Below are positions 53,195 to 64,000 of a stretch of DNA of 64,000 nt, piece after piece. Origin of the DNA: Naegleria gruberi (taxonomy: Eukaryota). Positions within the stretch are counted from its first letter, which is position 1, and each line of letters opens with the position of its first letter. The notes beneath the pieces were generated by a model. That model saw nothing but the letters and a program-made list of their open reading frames with translations. It ran no database searches and was not told where the DNA came from. Made by a program: the position numbers and the translations under genes. The stretch lies in NCBI GenBank assembly GCA_000004985.1, contig GG738885.1. One strand, 5' to 3'.

Positions 53195-53760
53195 AACTAA
53201 TTACAATAGTGCAAATATGATTTTTCACACTGTATACCACAGAGATAATCCAAACTTGTAAAATTGTTCAAATTTCCAAGGAGATTAATAAACAGTAACA
53301 CTATTCAACGATTACCAATAATTCGAGCAGTAATTGGCCCAAACTCCTTATCCCCCGACCAGTACTTTACATACAAGCAGTTGAAGGAGTAACTTCTGAA
53401 CAAATTAAGGCACTTCTAGGAAATGCATCTGGCTCAGCATCTGACAGTTAGTTAATTACCTGTCAATAATTTAATGTTTTGACAGGAGAACAACTTGCCA
53501 TTTTGCAAGCTTACAAAGTCTACAATTTATTGAAGAAAGAATGGTATTTTTTTTTAATTTATTTAATTTTAACATTTTTAATAGTAAACATTAATTTTTA
53601 ATTAAAATTTTCACAAAATAAATAAAATTGACATTTCCAACCCATTAACATTCAATCTTTGCTTAATGCCTCACTGAAACCTGTCCAAAAGAGATAAAAA
53701 ATACTTGACACTTGACAAGTCCAAACATTTTGCCAAGCTACACACATTAAAAAAATACAA

Positions 53761-54716
53761 GATGGTCGTCACTGTATTTCGTCCAATGGAAAAGAAATAT
53801 GCCACAAATGGTTGGCGTGTTCGTCTCATGCTCGAAGAAAAGGGAGTAAAATACGAAACTCGTCTCGTGATTTTAGAACATCGAGAACATTTGAACGAGG
53901 AAATTAGAAAATTAAGTTATAGAGGTTAGTTTAGTTGCTGATGATTTGTTTTTTTTAATATAGTTATGATCTTTGTGTTTCGTTTATTGTTGAATGGATG
54001 AAAATATATTCGAAACTTTGATCGGATAATGTTGGAAATTTTTTTGATCACATGATGATAATGTTCAATCTTGAAAAACAATTTTCTCTCGTGGATGGAT
54101 TGATTGTTGGATTTTCTTCTTCTTCTTTTAAAAAACAATTCTAATAATTTTATTCTAAACTACAACAATAGGCGAATTACCACTCTTTGAAGATTTTGCA
54201 GGAAGTTTAAGAGAAGAAACAGCCATGTTAAATTACATTGAAAAGAACTATCCAGAACCTCAATTAATTCCACCATCCGATGATCGTGCAAATTTTGGAC
54301 GAATCATTTCTCAATTCCATGAAGCCAATGGTCAATTCGCCCAAGTTTGCAAAGATATGATCAATACATTCATTGAATTGGAAGAAAAGAATATCACCTC
54401 TCACAAAAAACTACCAAAAGACATGAAAGATTACAAAACTCTTGTTTCTTATTGGAAACAAAAATTGGAAAGTGAAATGATCATTTGGGAAAATCGTTTA
54501 ACAAATGATTCTCTCTTTTTCAGTGGCACTGATCGTCCTTGCATTGTGGATGTTTCACTTTTCCCTTATTATTATCAAATTGTGAGATATGGATTGAGTG
54601 AATCATCTCTTCCAAAACTTAAAAAGTGGAGAGAGCGCATGGAAGATAGAGATAGTGTTAAGAGAACTAGTCCAGGAACAAGTTGGGTTGTACATCCATT
54701 CCTATTGAAATTTTAA
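53761..54716 (+). CDS. Glutathione S-transferase-like protein; one 247-nt intron
   Basis: Exon 1 ATG at 53761 (MVVTVFRP...GVKYETRLVILEHREHLNEEIRKLSYR). GTTAGT donor at 53925 and AATAG acceptor ending 54171. Exon 2 GELPLFEDFAGSLREETAMLNYIEKNYPEP... has GST N-terminal G-site-like features (PLxED...ES.AIL.Y) followed by a helical C-domain. Confidence 0.6.
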
Positions 54717-54923
54717 ACTGTCTAGCTCAGGAAATGCGAATAAAATAGTAGAATTTTGATAGAATATATGCAAAAGAAATTGAATATTCATGTAGTACCA
54801 CTTGACTTATTGCTCTCCATTGATTAGTTTTCTTTACTAATCCATCAAATTGAAACATCAATATCAAATTTAAACTAGATAGACATTATGTAGAATTTTC
54901 AAAAACTTAAAAAAACAAAAAAA

Positions 54924-56621
54924 ATGGAAAATCAAAAAGTAGCACGTGGAAATTTGCTTGCGAAAATAGCACGTGAACAATGTAGAACCATCTACTTGGA
55001 TTTTAGTATTAATACATTGGAGAATGAAGTTGATCAGCGAGCATTACCTGATGATGATCTAATTGGTGATGAAGATGATGGATTTGTTACAGTTAGTGAT
55101 GAAGAAGAGGATATTCAACACCAACACCAACAACAAACTTCGGAAGCACCAATAGTAATGACATCCCTCATCAATGATGATGTAGCACAGAGAATTGTAA
55201 CGATTAGTACGAGTAGTACTGCCTCTCCTAATCATGTCTATCATTATGAGTATGGCATTCTAGGTGAAGACTCACATACTCAATCTGTCTTGTATAAGAA
55301 TCGATTGTATTGTATTAATATCAAGTATGAATATATTGGTGTTCATTCATTGTTGGATCCAGTGATGGAACAGCCAATGATTTCAATGCCAACTCTTTAT
55401 CAATCCACTGAGGGATTGATTGTTCCTGATGAAGTGAATTTGATTCCTAAACTTTCTCATTTGCAATCAAGAATGGGAGAAACTGATTTTGCATTGTCTG
55501 ATGGTAATACTATGAGTAATCACGTCATGTCTACCTATATTAAAACTGGCTTATTTAGTGGCCAGAATCCTCCATTGGATTTTAAAAGAGTTCATGCATT
55601 GTTTAAGGCAGTTTGCATGGATGAAAAATTGGGATTTGTCTATACATATGGTGGTGCTGATTTTAATGTGGTTCCACGTCAAGTTTCAAGGAATTTCCTT
55701 ATTTTGGATTTGGAAAGATTGGCCTATGTTCAATTACCAATTCCTGTCAATGTGGATAATGAAAGTGAACAATTAGTACCAATGGAAGGTCATACCATGA
55801 TAAAAAGACATGACAAGATTTACATTTTAGGAGGTAACACAAATGGATCTGAATTTATGAAGAGCTTGTATGAAATTGATGTTAGTGAGGTGGATAAATT
55901 TTGCCTAGATTTGAGAAGACGTGATTTTGGAACTGAACCTATGAGTGATATGATCATACCAGTTCCAAAGTTTAGAAAAATCATTGCCAAGAATCATGAT
56001 ATAATCTCCACAAGATCCTATCATACATGTGAATACATTCCAAAGTATGATATTATGGTTTCAGTGGCTGGTAAGGTCAGAAAAGGTATAGATGCTCCAA
56101 TGCTTAACGAAATTTTGATTTATCACTTTAATAGAAATGAATTCCAAGTCATTGGTGATCACAACATTCTCAATCCATGGTTGAAAGTTAAAGACCTGCC
56201 ATATGCTCACGTTCTCGGATCGACACGTATTTATGGCTATGATTCATTCTCAACATTTGACAATTGTTATCAAATGGCATACTATGGCGGCTGTTCCACA
56301 ACTGATTACGATTCAGACCAATCCTATGATCCTCACTTGTACATTTTATCATTCAAACCAAGCAAACGAGAAGTTTCCAATGTAGATGTCTTGGTAACCA
56401 AAGTCAATCTCAAAGAGAGAGCCAGTTCCGGCTATACAGCCATTAACTATCATCCAGAAACTTCAAGTTTTTACTTGTTTGGATCTTTCCAAGCTCAATC
56501 AAGAGATGAATTGAGTATTTTCACAATGAAATTTGCAAGCACCATTCCAGTTCTCAAACAATTTCCAAAACTTTCTCTTCAATCATCCTACAGTGACATT
56601 TCCTTTACAACTTTAGAGTAA
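54924..56621 (+). CDS. Kelch-type beta-propeller protein, paralog B
   Basis: ATG at 54924. KLGFVYTYGGADF and HTMIKRHDKIYILGG kelch-like motifs. Shares conserved blocks with 34345..35805 (ISTRSYHTCEYIPKYDIMVSVAGKVRKGIDAPMLNEILIYHFNRNEFQVI; YYGGCSTTDYDSDQSYDPHLYI). Confidence 0.5.
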   Translation: MENQKVARGNLLAKIAREQCRTIYLDFSINTLENEVDQRALPDDDLIGDEDDGFVTVSDEEEDIQHQHQQQTSEAPIVMTSLINDDVAQRIVTISTSSTASPNHVYHYEYGILGEDSHTQSVLYKNRLYCINIKYEYIGVHSLLDPVMEQPMISMPTLYQSTEGLIVPDEVNLIPKLSHLQSRMGETDFALSDGNTMSNHVMSTYIKTGLFSGQNPPLDFKRVHALFKAVCMDEKLGFVYTYGGADFNVVPRQVSRNFLILDLERLAYVQLPIPVNVDNESEQLVPMEGHTMIKRHDKIYILGGNTNGSEFMKSLYEIDVSEVDKFCLDLRRRDFGTEPMSDMIIPVPKFRKIIAKNHDIISTRSYHTCEYIPKYDIMVSVAGKVRKGIDAPMLNEILIYHFNRNEFQVIGDHNILNPWLKVKDLPYAHVLGSTRIYGYDSFSTFDNCYQMAYYGGCSTTDYDSDQSYDPHLYILSFKPSKREVSNVDVLVTKVNLKERASSGYTAINYHPETSSFYLFGSFQAQSRDELSIFTMKFASTIPVLKQFPKLSLQSSYSDISFTTLE

Positions 56622-56883
56622 ATTATTATATATAATATGAAATTTAAATTGATTCCTCTATAAAGTGAATTAGTTTTCTGCAATGTGTCTATTTGTCTAT
56701 CTCAATAGTTTCCAAACTGGGCGAAACACATTTTAGAATGTATTGAGGGCCATTTATGGTAATTATTCAACATTGCTTTGAAAAAGAATCAAAAAAAAAG
56801 AAACAACAATTATCCTTCTTGCCTCTCAATGATTTGAGATTTTTGCCATTCAAGAAGCTATCATCAGAAATTTTCATCGTGCC

Positions 56884-59800
56884 ATGGCATCAAATTCTTC
56901 ATTGAAAATTGAAGAATTTTCATCATCCGAAAATAATAATAGTTCAACTTCATCATGTGGAGTTACTACTACAACTAGTGCTGCTTTTAATGATTTACCC
57001 GATAGTGTATTGGGTAATATAATGTCTTTTGTATTTTCATCATTTAAATATCAATTAAACAAGCCTTTGATATCTTCATCATTCCATAGAACAAGTAATA
57101 ATAATTCGGAAGAACAAAATCATCATCATCATAATGGAGAAGTAAATGATTCATCATTATCTTCATCTATAGAACAAGATTGTTCTCCAGAGGAATTATA
57201 TCATCGATCTATTTATGAATTGGAAACTCTGCCCTCTGTTTCTCAATCTCCACTTCATAAGTATTTGCACAAGAATGTAAAGTTTCATCGTTCTAATAAT
57301 GGAGCAAATAGAGAATTTGATGAAGCAGATGATGAAGATTTTGATGAGGATACAAATTTTGGATTGATAGGAAGTGGAGATATAAATTACGAACAAAAGA
57401 TGATTGGTAACTTTTGTGAGTTTTTGCAGAATTGGATAAGTTTTGCATCTGTAAATAGCAAATTGAGAAAGTTTATGAAGAGAAGCAAATCTGTAGGAGA
57501 TTTGATTGAATTTGATTTGATTAATTTTGCTTATTTCTACATGTTTAATAATGAAAAGTTGGTCTCTCCCACCTATTCATGTGTTGTGGAAGGACAAGAC
57601 GTTTTCGTAAGGAATGAGTATAGAACTGTTGTTCATCAATTATTTATGGATTTTATCAGAGTATTTGTTGATAGAGAGTTTGTTAAGAGAATTTGTTTGG
57701 ATTGTTCCTATTTGTTTGATTGGGTTCCTATTAATGGGGATTCTCTTATTGATGATGGTGATTGCAAGACGTTCACTATCGACCCAAGCCCATCAACAAC
57801 TCCAAATTATTTGGAAGATTATAACAAGATGTTTCCCAATGTAAATGTCCTTACTATTAATTTTACCTACAGAGGAAAAACAGAGGGTTATGAGGAGAAT
57901 GAGCTGAGCCTTGATGATTTGCAATCGCACTTGCTAACACTCGATACTAGCAATTTCCAAACTCTCTCACATTGGAAGCACTTGAATGAATTAAGATTGT
58001 GTTGGCATGTCGATGTGGATGAGGATACTCAAGTATTGGACCTTGTTTTAGGATCTCATCTGATGCAAGAGTTTTTGAATATTGTCTCTGAGGCCAAGAA
58101 AATTAATCACTTATTGTATATATCAGTGTATATTAATGGATCTGCATTCCATGTAACAAGGACTGAATCTGGTCAAATTATTTGCAATGATTCCTATCCT
58201 ACTAGGGTTATGGAAGAATTGAGCAATGTTGTCGACGAAAACTCAATGCTCAAATTACTCTATATTTGTATTGATCATTATGGCTATGCACACTATAAGA
58301 AACAACCATTGCAACTTTCTCTTATGGAAAATATTCTTCACATTGAAATTAATGACATTACTTGCCCAACTATTAACCAATTATTTAATTTATCATATCC
58401 TAAATTGTTGACATTAATATTGACCGACATTTGTGCTCCATCAAAGGAGGAGAGAGATGTTGCCATTACATCAAAGTTTCCAAAACTCGAGGAGCTACTC
58501 ATCAAATCCAAATTGAATTCCACTAGTAGATACACTAAATTCAATTTGGATTTGAGCCATATGAAAGCAGAAAAGATTAAGAAAGTTTGTTTGTATGGTG
58601 TAAATGATTTCCTCATTTCTAAGAATTCATTTGGAAACGTCATTGAAACTCTTGAAATACTAGTGCTGAAGGACAATACCTTTAATTATTCTCACTGGTT
58701 TACAAGCTTATCCTCTCTGAAGAATCTTCGCTTCAAAGTGGAACCAACAAAAAAGAGAGTGGATGAAACAGACTACGATGACGAGTCTGTAATGCTCTGC
58801 ACTACACGTATGAAATCTTGTACCACAATTGTTCACGATAAGCTCACCAATTTGCATATCAAAGATAGGAATACAAAGGGAATTTCTGTAATATGCCCTC
58901 GTCTCAAGGAGCTCGTAGTGAAGGCACCCAACATTGAAAGTTGTGAAATTTTGTGCCCAACCGTAAAAACTATTGATTTGAATGATATTTTAATGGGATT
59001 CGAACAACCACACAATCACTCTGGAAACTTTATGAAATTTATCAAGTATTCCTCACATCAATGGAAGTGGCACACTCCACTGTTGAATCAATTGAATTTA
59101 ATGCACTCCCTGAGACCAAATTATACCACCAATGATAATGGAGGAACTAATGCCCTCATTCTGCCAAATGCTCTCATTTCTCATGTTAAGGAGTTACAAG
59201 TTAAATTATCGGTGACTACCTTTGATAATGAAAAGGAATTATTCCCACCCTTGTTTGCCAGAATTGATAATCTATGTGGACACAAGAACCTACACGGAAC
59301 TTTGGAGAAGGTTAAAATCAAATTGGATATTGCAACATACTACCTCTCAGAACCAATGCTCAAACATTTCAGAGCAGTTTTGGAATGGAATGGAAATGGA
59401 AATAATGCCTATGACAGTGATTCAATGAAGCTCACAATACAACAAATTATCCAAGTTGCTAAATGTGTAGACCACTTTACAGATCATACCATGATTTTGG
59501 ATTCTCCATACTTGGCTTCTTTGGATGTTCATTTGGATGAAAAGGTTGAAAGAACCAAGATATCATGTCCGAACTTGAAGAGATTTGAACTTATTGATTG
59601 TAATTTACCTGGTCGTGTCAAATTCAGTGATGAGACTGCCTCATCCCTTGAACACATCTGCTTAGTTGGCATTTGTTCACCATTCAATCCACCTCCACAC
59701 TCATTCTTTCAAGAATCTGAAAATCTTAGAGTTGGTCGATCCACTCCAAAGATTTTCTGTTCAATTAGAGCAATTGCCAGCATTGGAAGTTTTGGATATC

Positions 59801-60076
59801 AGAAGAGAATACGGCCAAACTCCACATGAGAGATCCTATGTACAACTTGAAAATTACACCCACACCAACATCAGAATGATAAGAATCAATAATATCCGTA
59901 ATGTTAGCATTTCTTTGAAATTGGATACACCTAAATTAAGAATTGTTCAAGTTTCATCAGTGACTTGCAAGAATTGTGATATTGAGTTTGTAAATTGTCC
60001 AAGATTACTCAAAAAAGAAATTCAATTCACCATCTTACAGCCATCACCCAGACTTGCTCCTAAGGAATTTATATAA
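56884..60076 (+). CDS. Large F-box-like/LRR-like protein; C-terminal part continues in a different frame (frameshift or tiny intron near 59700)
   Basis: ATG at 56884. DLPDSVLGNIMSFVF is F-box-like. The body is degenerate LRR-like. ORF 59666..60076 overlaps the end of the main ORF and continues LRR-like text (LKILELVDPLQRFSVQLEQLPALEVLDI), implying a +1/−1 shift between about 59690 and 59720. Confidence 0.45.
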
Positions 60077-60092
60077 ATTATTTTGTGATTAA

Positions 60093-61884
60093 TTATTTGT
60101 CCTCTTGATTTTCCTTATCGGCAGGCGACAGTTCAATACTATTAACATCCTCCAGTTCAGTACTCGTGGTGGTTTCATTCTTATCAATAGTTGCTGCTAG
60201 TTCTTTTGCAGCTGCCTTACCTTCTCTCCACTTGGCCAGAATTACCATTATGACACCTAGGAATATTCCCAAAGCACCTGGTATGATCCACAATGAAACC
60301 TCCTCTCCAGAAATCAATACAGTCATTGCTGTTGTAACTGTTGGAGAAATGGTTGAATAAATTCCAATCACAGTTGGGCTTGTTAAACTTGATGCTTTTG
60401 AACTCAATATAAAGCTAAAAGTTCCATGAATAAGAACAGCATAGGCCATTCCAATATATGACATATCATCCAATCTCCTAATTTCAAAATCTCTTATATT
60501 ATAGAGTGCAGCTAAAAATGGAATAAACAATCCTCCCAAAAAAGTCCAAAAATTCAAAGTAATTCCAGGAATTTTCTTATTCAACAATTTCTTCAATAAA
60601 ATCAAATAGAAAGCATAGGCCACAGTATTGAGAATAAGGATTATCATACCAATGGTAAAAGAAAATGCTTCCAATGCCGATGATTCTGATGCTTGGGTTT
60701 CCTCAGTTATAGCCGCCTTCTCCTTCGTAAGTGAAGGAATAATCAGCATGGCCATAGCTCCCATAGCAGAAATAACAACTCCCAAAATTTTAACAATTGA
60801 ACTAGCTTCCCTTCCCAAAAATATTGAAATAAGGCAAACCTCTAAATTCATTGAGAAATAGTTAAAATTCAATATATAAATATATTTTAGTTTCATAACT
60901 ATTATTGAAAACTTACCAACAGCAACTATTATTTTCATTATATTGATGAATAAAATTGTAATAAATCAACAACTTACCCAATGGTTGAACAATAGCAGCA
61001 ATGGTTGCATTAATCATTTTCATACCAATCACAAAAAGTACCATATTCAACATGTACATGGATCCACACACTACCATTCTCTTAAAATCCTTAAAACTTG
61101 GTGTCTTTTTGTAAAGGTATCTCAGTATTGGATTTTTAATTCTCGATAAGAATCTCTCTGATCTAAATGAATAATTTCGATCTACAATTAATGACAAGAC
61201 AAAATAACAAATAACCATCAAAAAACTTCTAACAAATGCAAAAATTGTTGGTCTCATGGTTCTGATTGGATTTGGTGCCAACACACAAAATCCTTGAAAT
61301 TTCCATTAAATTTCCAAATATATCAATTTAAAATTAAATTTCCAAATTAATTCGTACTTCCAAAACCTACCTCCAAAAGTCAATAAAGTCGAAAACATTA
61401 ACATGTGTACATAAAACTGTGACTGAGTAAATGAATCCCAATATTTCATCACTACATTCTTTTTCAATTCCTCTCCTTTTTCCTCATCCTCTTCATGATG
61501 TATTATATCAGTTATAGTTGGCAAATGTTCTCCTCCTTCCTTCTCATCATGATCCACCAGATCTTTCCCATTAACAATACCTGCTTCCTCTTCTTCATAA
61601 TATTCAGCAGCTCTGCCTTCATCTTCCTCTTCATCCTTCAATAAATAATTTAATGATGATGAGAATAACATATTCGTCGATGATGATGAAGATGATATTG
61701 TATTTATCATGATTGGTGCATTCAATTCATCATCATGATCCTCTTCATAGTGTCCCAACTCTCCTTCATTATCCACCATCATCCTTGTCGTTTTTTCTTT
61801 ACTCGGAGTGGTGCTGAATTTATTATTACTGTTTTTCATACTAGTTATTGTTGAGAATTTAGTGTTGGATGCCATTATCAATGT
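60093..61884 (-). CDS. EamA/DMT-superfamily membrane transporter, multi-exon with hydrophilic acidic N-terminal region
   Basis: Three collinear minus ORFs. Two EamA-like halves of about 5 TM each (…GMKMINATIAAIVQPLGKLL… and …FLGGLFIPFLAALYN…IHGTFSFILSSKASSLTSPTVIGIYSTISP…). GTAAGT...AG introns at about 60845..60905 and 60920..60975, and one near 61285..61380. ATG near 61882..61884 (MASNTKFS). Confidence 0.55.
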
Positions 61885-62184
61885 TGGCACTTTTTTTGGT
61901 AGGGGGTATTTTTGAATATTGAGGATTCTCCACATTTTAAAAAAGATCAAATGTTTGGTGCGAGGTGGATCTTGAAGATGCATGAAAGAAATTGCGGGTG
62001 GTCAATTAAGATATTTTTGATTGAAAATGAGGATTATTTGGAGTTTCAATCATTTTTGTAAGCTTTGCAGCTCAATTATTCCTCTCAATCAACAAAATAA
62101 ATTATCCAATTGAAAGTTCTCAATGGGCTAATAGTCGATACTATTGTTATAAATAATGTTGAATGAGTTTATTTTGTAGGCATG

Positions 62185-63795
62185 TTAATTTCTGAAAATA
62201 TACTTGAATTGAGTACTTTGGAAACCATTGAATTGTGAGCTAGAGGCAGTAGTGTAAGCTCCAAAATTGGTAAAGTACAAGAAATCACCTTCATTAAGCT
62301 CTGGCAATAAATAACCCTTACAGGTGATATCGATACTGTCACAAGTTGGTCCAAAACAAGTAGATTTGTACTTGGCTCCCTTCTCTTCAGCAGTTTTGAT
62401 TGTCTTGAATGTTGGTTCAGCATGATCGAAATAGATATTGTTGAAAGAACCATAGATACCATCATTGAGATAATAGATGAAATCATCCCTATCGTGAACA
62501 ATATCGCTAGCACCAGACTCTTCAAGTTGCTTATAGTAAAGCTTATTCTCTTCACGCAAGTCCTTCTTGGAGAAAATGTTAACAACCAAAACAGACACAG
62601 CTTGGGCAATAAAACGACCTGGTTCTGAAATGACCTTAACATGAGATGGGAACAAGTCATCGATCAAATCTCTAACATTAGAAGCAACATCTTCAACAGT
62701 TGGTGTCTCCTTGATATTACCCAAGAAACCACCACCAATATCTAACAAGTTGAATGAGTAACCATATTCTTCAGCCATGTCAAAGATAATTCTGGCATCC
62801 TTGACTGCTTTAACATAGGCATTAACATCTTGGCAACCAGAACCAACGTGGAAGCTAACACCACACAATTCAACATTGTTATCTTTGGCAGATTGGAAGA
62901 TTCCTCTTGCATTCTCGATTGATACACCAAATTTGGAAGAGAAGGCACAAGCAGAGTTGCTATCATCAGTTTTGATTCTAATGACACCCTTAACATCCTT
63001 CCATTGTCTTGCCAACTTTTCAACTTCTTGTGGAGAGTCAATTGTTGTCCATTGTAAACCATTGTCTCTGGCATATCTAACGTGAGACAATTGCTTACAT
63101 GGATTGGCAAAGATAATGTCAGTAGTGGTACAGAACTTCTTGCTCATTACTTGTTCAACAGTGACATTATTTACAAAAGCCAAAACCTCATAGAAATGAG
63201 GATGTTTGGCAAACCATTCATCAACTTCATTGCAGAGTTGAGTTACCAATTTGATTTCATTCAAAGAGGCACAATCAAATCCACAACCCATCATGTACAT
63301 AACCTTGATAATGCTTTCATTTGGATTACATTTGACAGCATAGTATGGGTTAATACGTGGGAAACATAGTCTCCATCTTTCAACTTGTCTAATAACATGA
63401 GACAAGTCAACAATATGGAAATTGTCTTCTTCGACATCCTTACAAATGTTTCTAACAATTTGTTTGGTTGTCATCTTCTTGGCATCACTTTCAATTGGGT
63501 AAAATTCAGCTTCAAAATATACCCTCAAGATTGTTTGCATGGCAGCTACTTTATCACAGTTGTAGTTGTGATGGAAAGTTTTCTTTTCATTTCTGATAGC
63601 ATTATTAATGGTATTTTGAATTAATGCAGCATGATCTTTCTTTGAGAAAGAATTGAGTAAGTTTTCTTCAATAGAAGTAGGTTGTCCATATAGTTCTAAT
63701 AAGAACTTATTAGCTTGATTGAAATCAAGACTTGATTGGTTGTTAACAGTGACAGTGGATGAAAATTCAGTATTTGCAAGGACAACACTACTCAT
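62185..63795 (-). CDS. ODC1: Ornithine decarboxylase (PLP-dependent Orn/DAP/Arg decarboxylase family 2) with roughly 130-aa N-terminal extension
   Basis: PYYAVKCNPN (PLP-Lys), DIGGGFLG, SEPGRFIAQA and FGPTCDSIDI (substrate Cys) blocks. ATG at 63793..63795 (MSSVVLANTEF). The track start at 63966 is TTG. Confidence 0.9.
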   Translation of the reverse strand: MSSVVLANTEFSSTVTVNNQSSLDFNQANKFLLELYGQPTSIEENLLNSFSKKDHAALIQNTINNAIRNEKKTFHHNYNCDKVAAMQTILRVYFEAEFYPIESDAKKMTTKQIVRNICKDVEEDNFHIVDLSHVIRQVERWRLCFPRINPYYAVKCNPNESIIKVMYMMGCGFDCASLNEIKLVTQLCNEVDEWFAKHPHFYEVLAFVNNVTVEQVMSKKFCTTTDIIFANPCKQLSHVRYARDNGLQWTTIDSPQEVEKLARQWKDVKGVIRIKTDDSNSACAFSSKFGVSIENARGIFQSAKDNNVELCGVSFHVGSGCQDVNAYVKAVKDARIIFDMAEEYGYSFNLLDIGGGFLGNIKETPTVEDVASNVRDLIDDLFPSHVKVISEPGRFIAQAVSVLVVNIFSKKDLREENKLYYKQLEESGASDIVHDRDDFIYYLNDGIYGSFNNIYFDHAEPTFKTIKTAEEKGAKYKSTCFGPTCDSIDITCKGYLLPELNEGDFLYFTNFGAYTTASSSQFNGFQSTQFKYIFRN

Positions 63796-64000
63796 TGAGT
63801 GTACTGGATTTCTTATTATTGTTGTGTTTTGATCCAAAAGGGAGGATTCCAATGTATTGCTATGGTTCAAGCTTGTTGAGGAAACGCGCTGAGGAGTGGA
63901 TGAAAAAAACTCAAAGGCTTTCAAGGTTGGATAAGTATTGAGAGAATAAAAAAGCTGTAGCAACAAGAGGTGGATACCAAAAACGCTTTGCTTTGTTTTT

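Noticed and set aside
62169-62660. ORF 62169..62660 (−) overlapping ODC
   Set aside because: It is out of frame within the conserved ODC C-terminal coding region. It has no start context and is not a plausible independent gene.
1-64000. Prokaryotic features (operons, CRISPR arrays, phage/defence islands)
   Set aside because: There are no direct-repeat/spacer arrays and no Shine–Dalgarno-spaced polycistrons. Genes carry spliceosomal introns, eukaryotic tRNAs, 5S with a pol III terminator, and poly-Q tracts. The window is eukaryotic nuclear DNA.

Overview
This 64 kb window is AT-rich (about 30–35% GC), gene-dense eukaryotic nuclear DNA, not a prokaryotic locus. Three lines of direct sequence evidence support that: (a) many reading frames are interrupted by short spliceosomal introns (about 40–250 nt) with GTAAGT/GTGAGT/GTTAGT donors and AG acceptors. 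(b) There are two cloverleaf tRNAs and a dispersed 5S rRNA gene, each followed by a T-run terminator of the kind used by RNA polymerase III (the eukaryotic polymerase that transcribes tRNA and 5S genes). (c) Many proteins carry long poly-Q/N/S low-complexity tracts.

Gene content points to an AT-rich, probably early-diverging fungus, but that is an inference and the organism cannot be identified from the sequence alone. The supporting genes are a Zn(II)2Cys6 (fungal-type zinc-cluster) transcription factor, a CYP505/BM3-type P450-reductase fusion, an Apn1-type AP endonuclease and an ODC with an N-terminal extension.

The provided ORF track uses alternative start codons (TTG/CTG/GTG), so many listed 'M' starts are not ATG. 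I re-derived starts and exon joins by eye where I could.

Recognisable genes:
- RNA genes: tRNA-Asp(GTC), tRNA-Lys(CTT) and a 5S rRNA.
- Signalling: three RGS-domain genes, two of them 7TM–RGS fusions. One of those has an adhesion-GPCR-like NHL + GAIN/GPS ectodomain. There is also a DH-type RhoGEF.
- Redox and lipid enzymes: the P450–CPR fusion sits in a same-strand run with a Δ3,Δ2-enoyl-CoA isomerase, an SDR, an AlkB-like 2OG oxygenase and a GST.
- Other enzymes and factors: ornithine decarboxylase, an Apn1 endonuclease, a GNAT acetyltransferase, a mitochondrial-type thioredoxin–TPR (YbbN/CnoX-like) protein, a DMT transporter and a Zn2Cys6–PAS regulator.
- Families: several F-box/LRR genes, one of which looks pseudogenised, and a paralogous pair of kelch-type genes.
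- Unusual protein: an extremely Lys/Cys-rich secreted repeat protein.

Non-genic features are a 475-bp hAT-like MITE with 8-bp target-site duplications, a roughly 90-bp interlocked palindrome array, and a recurrent TTCGAATAG motif.

All coordinates and intron joins are manual readings without tools and should be treated as approximate to within a few nucleotides.
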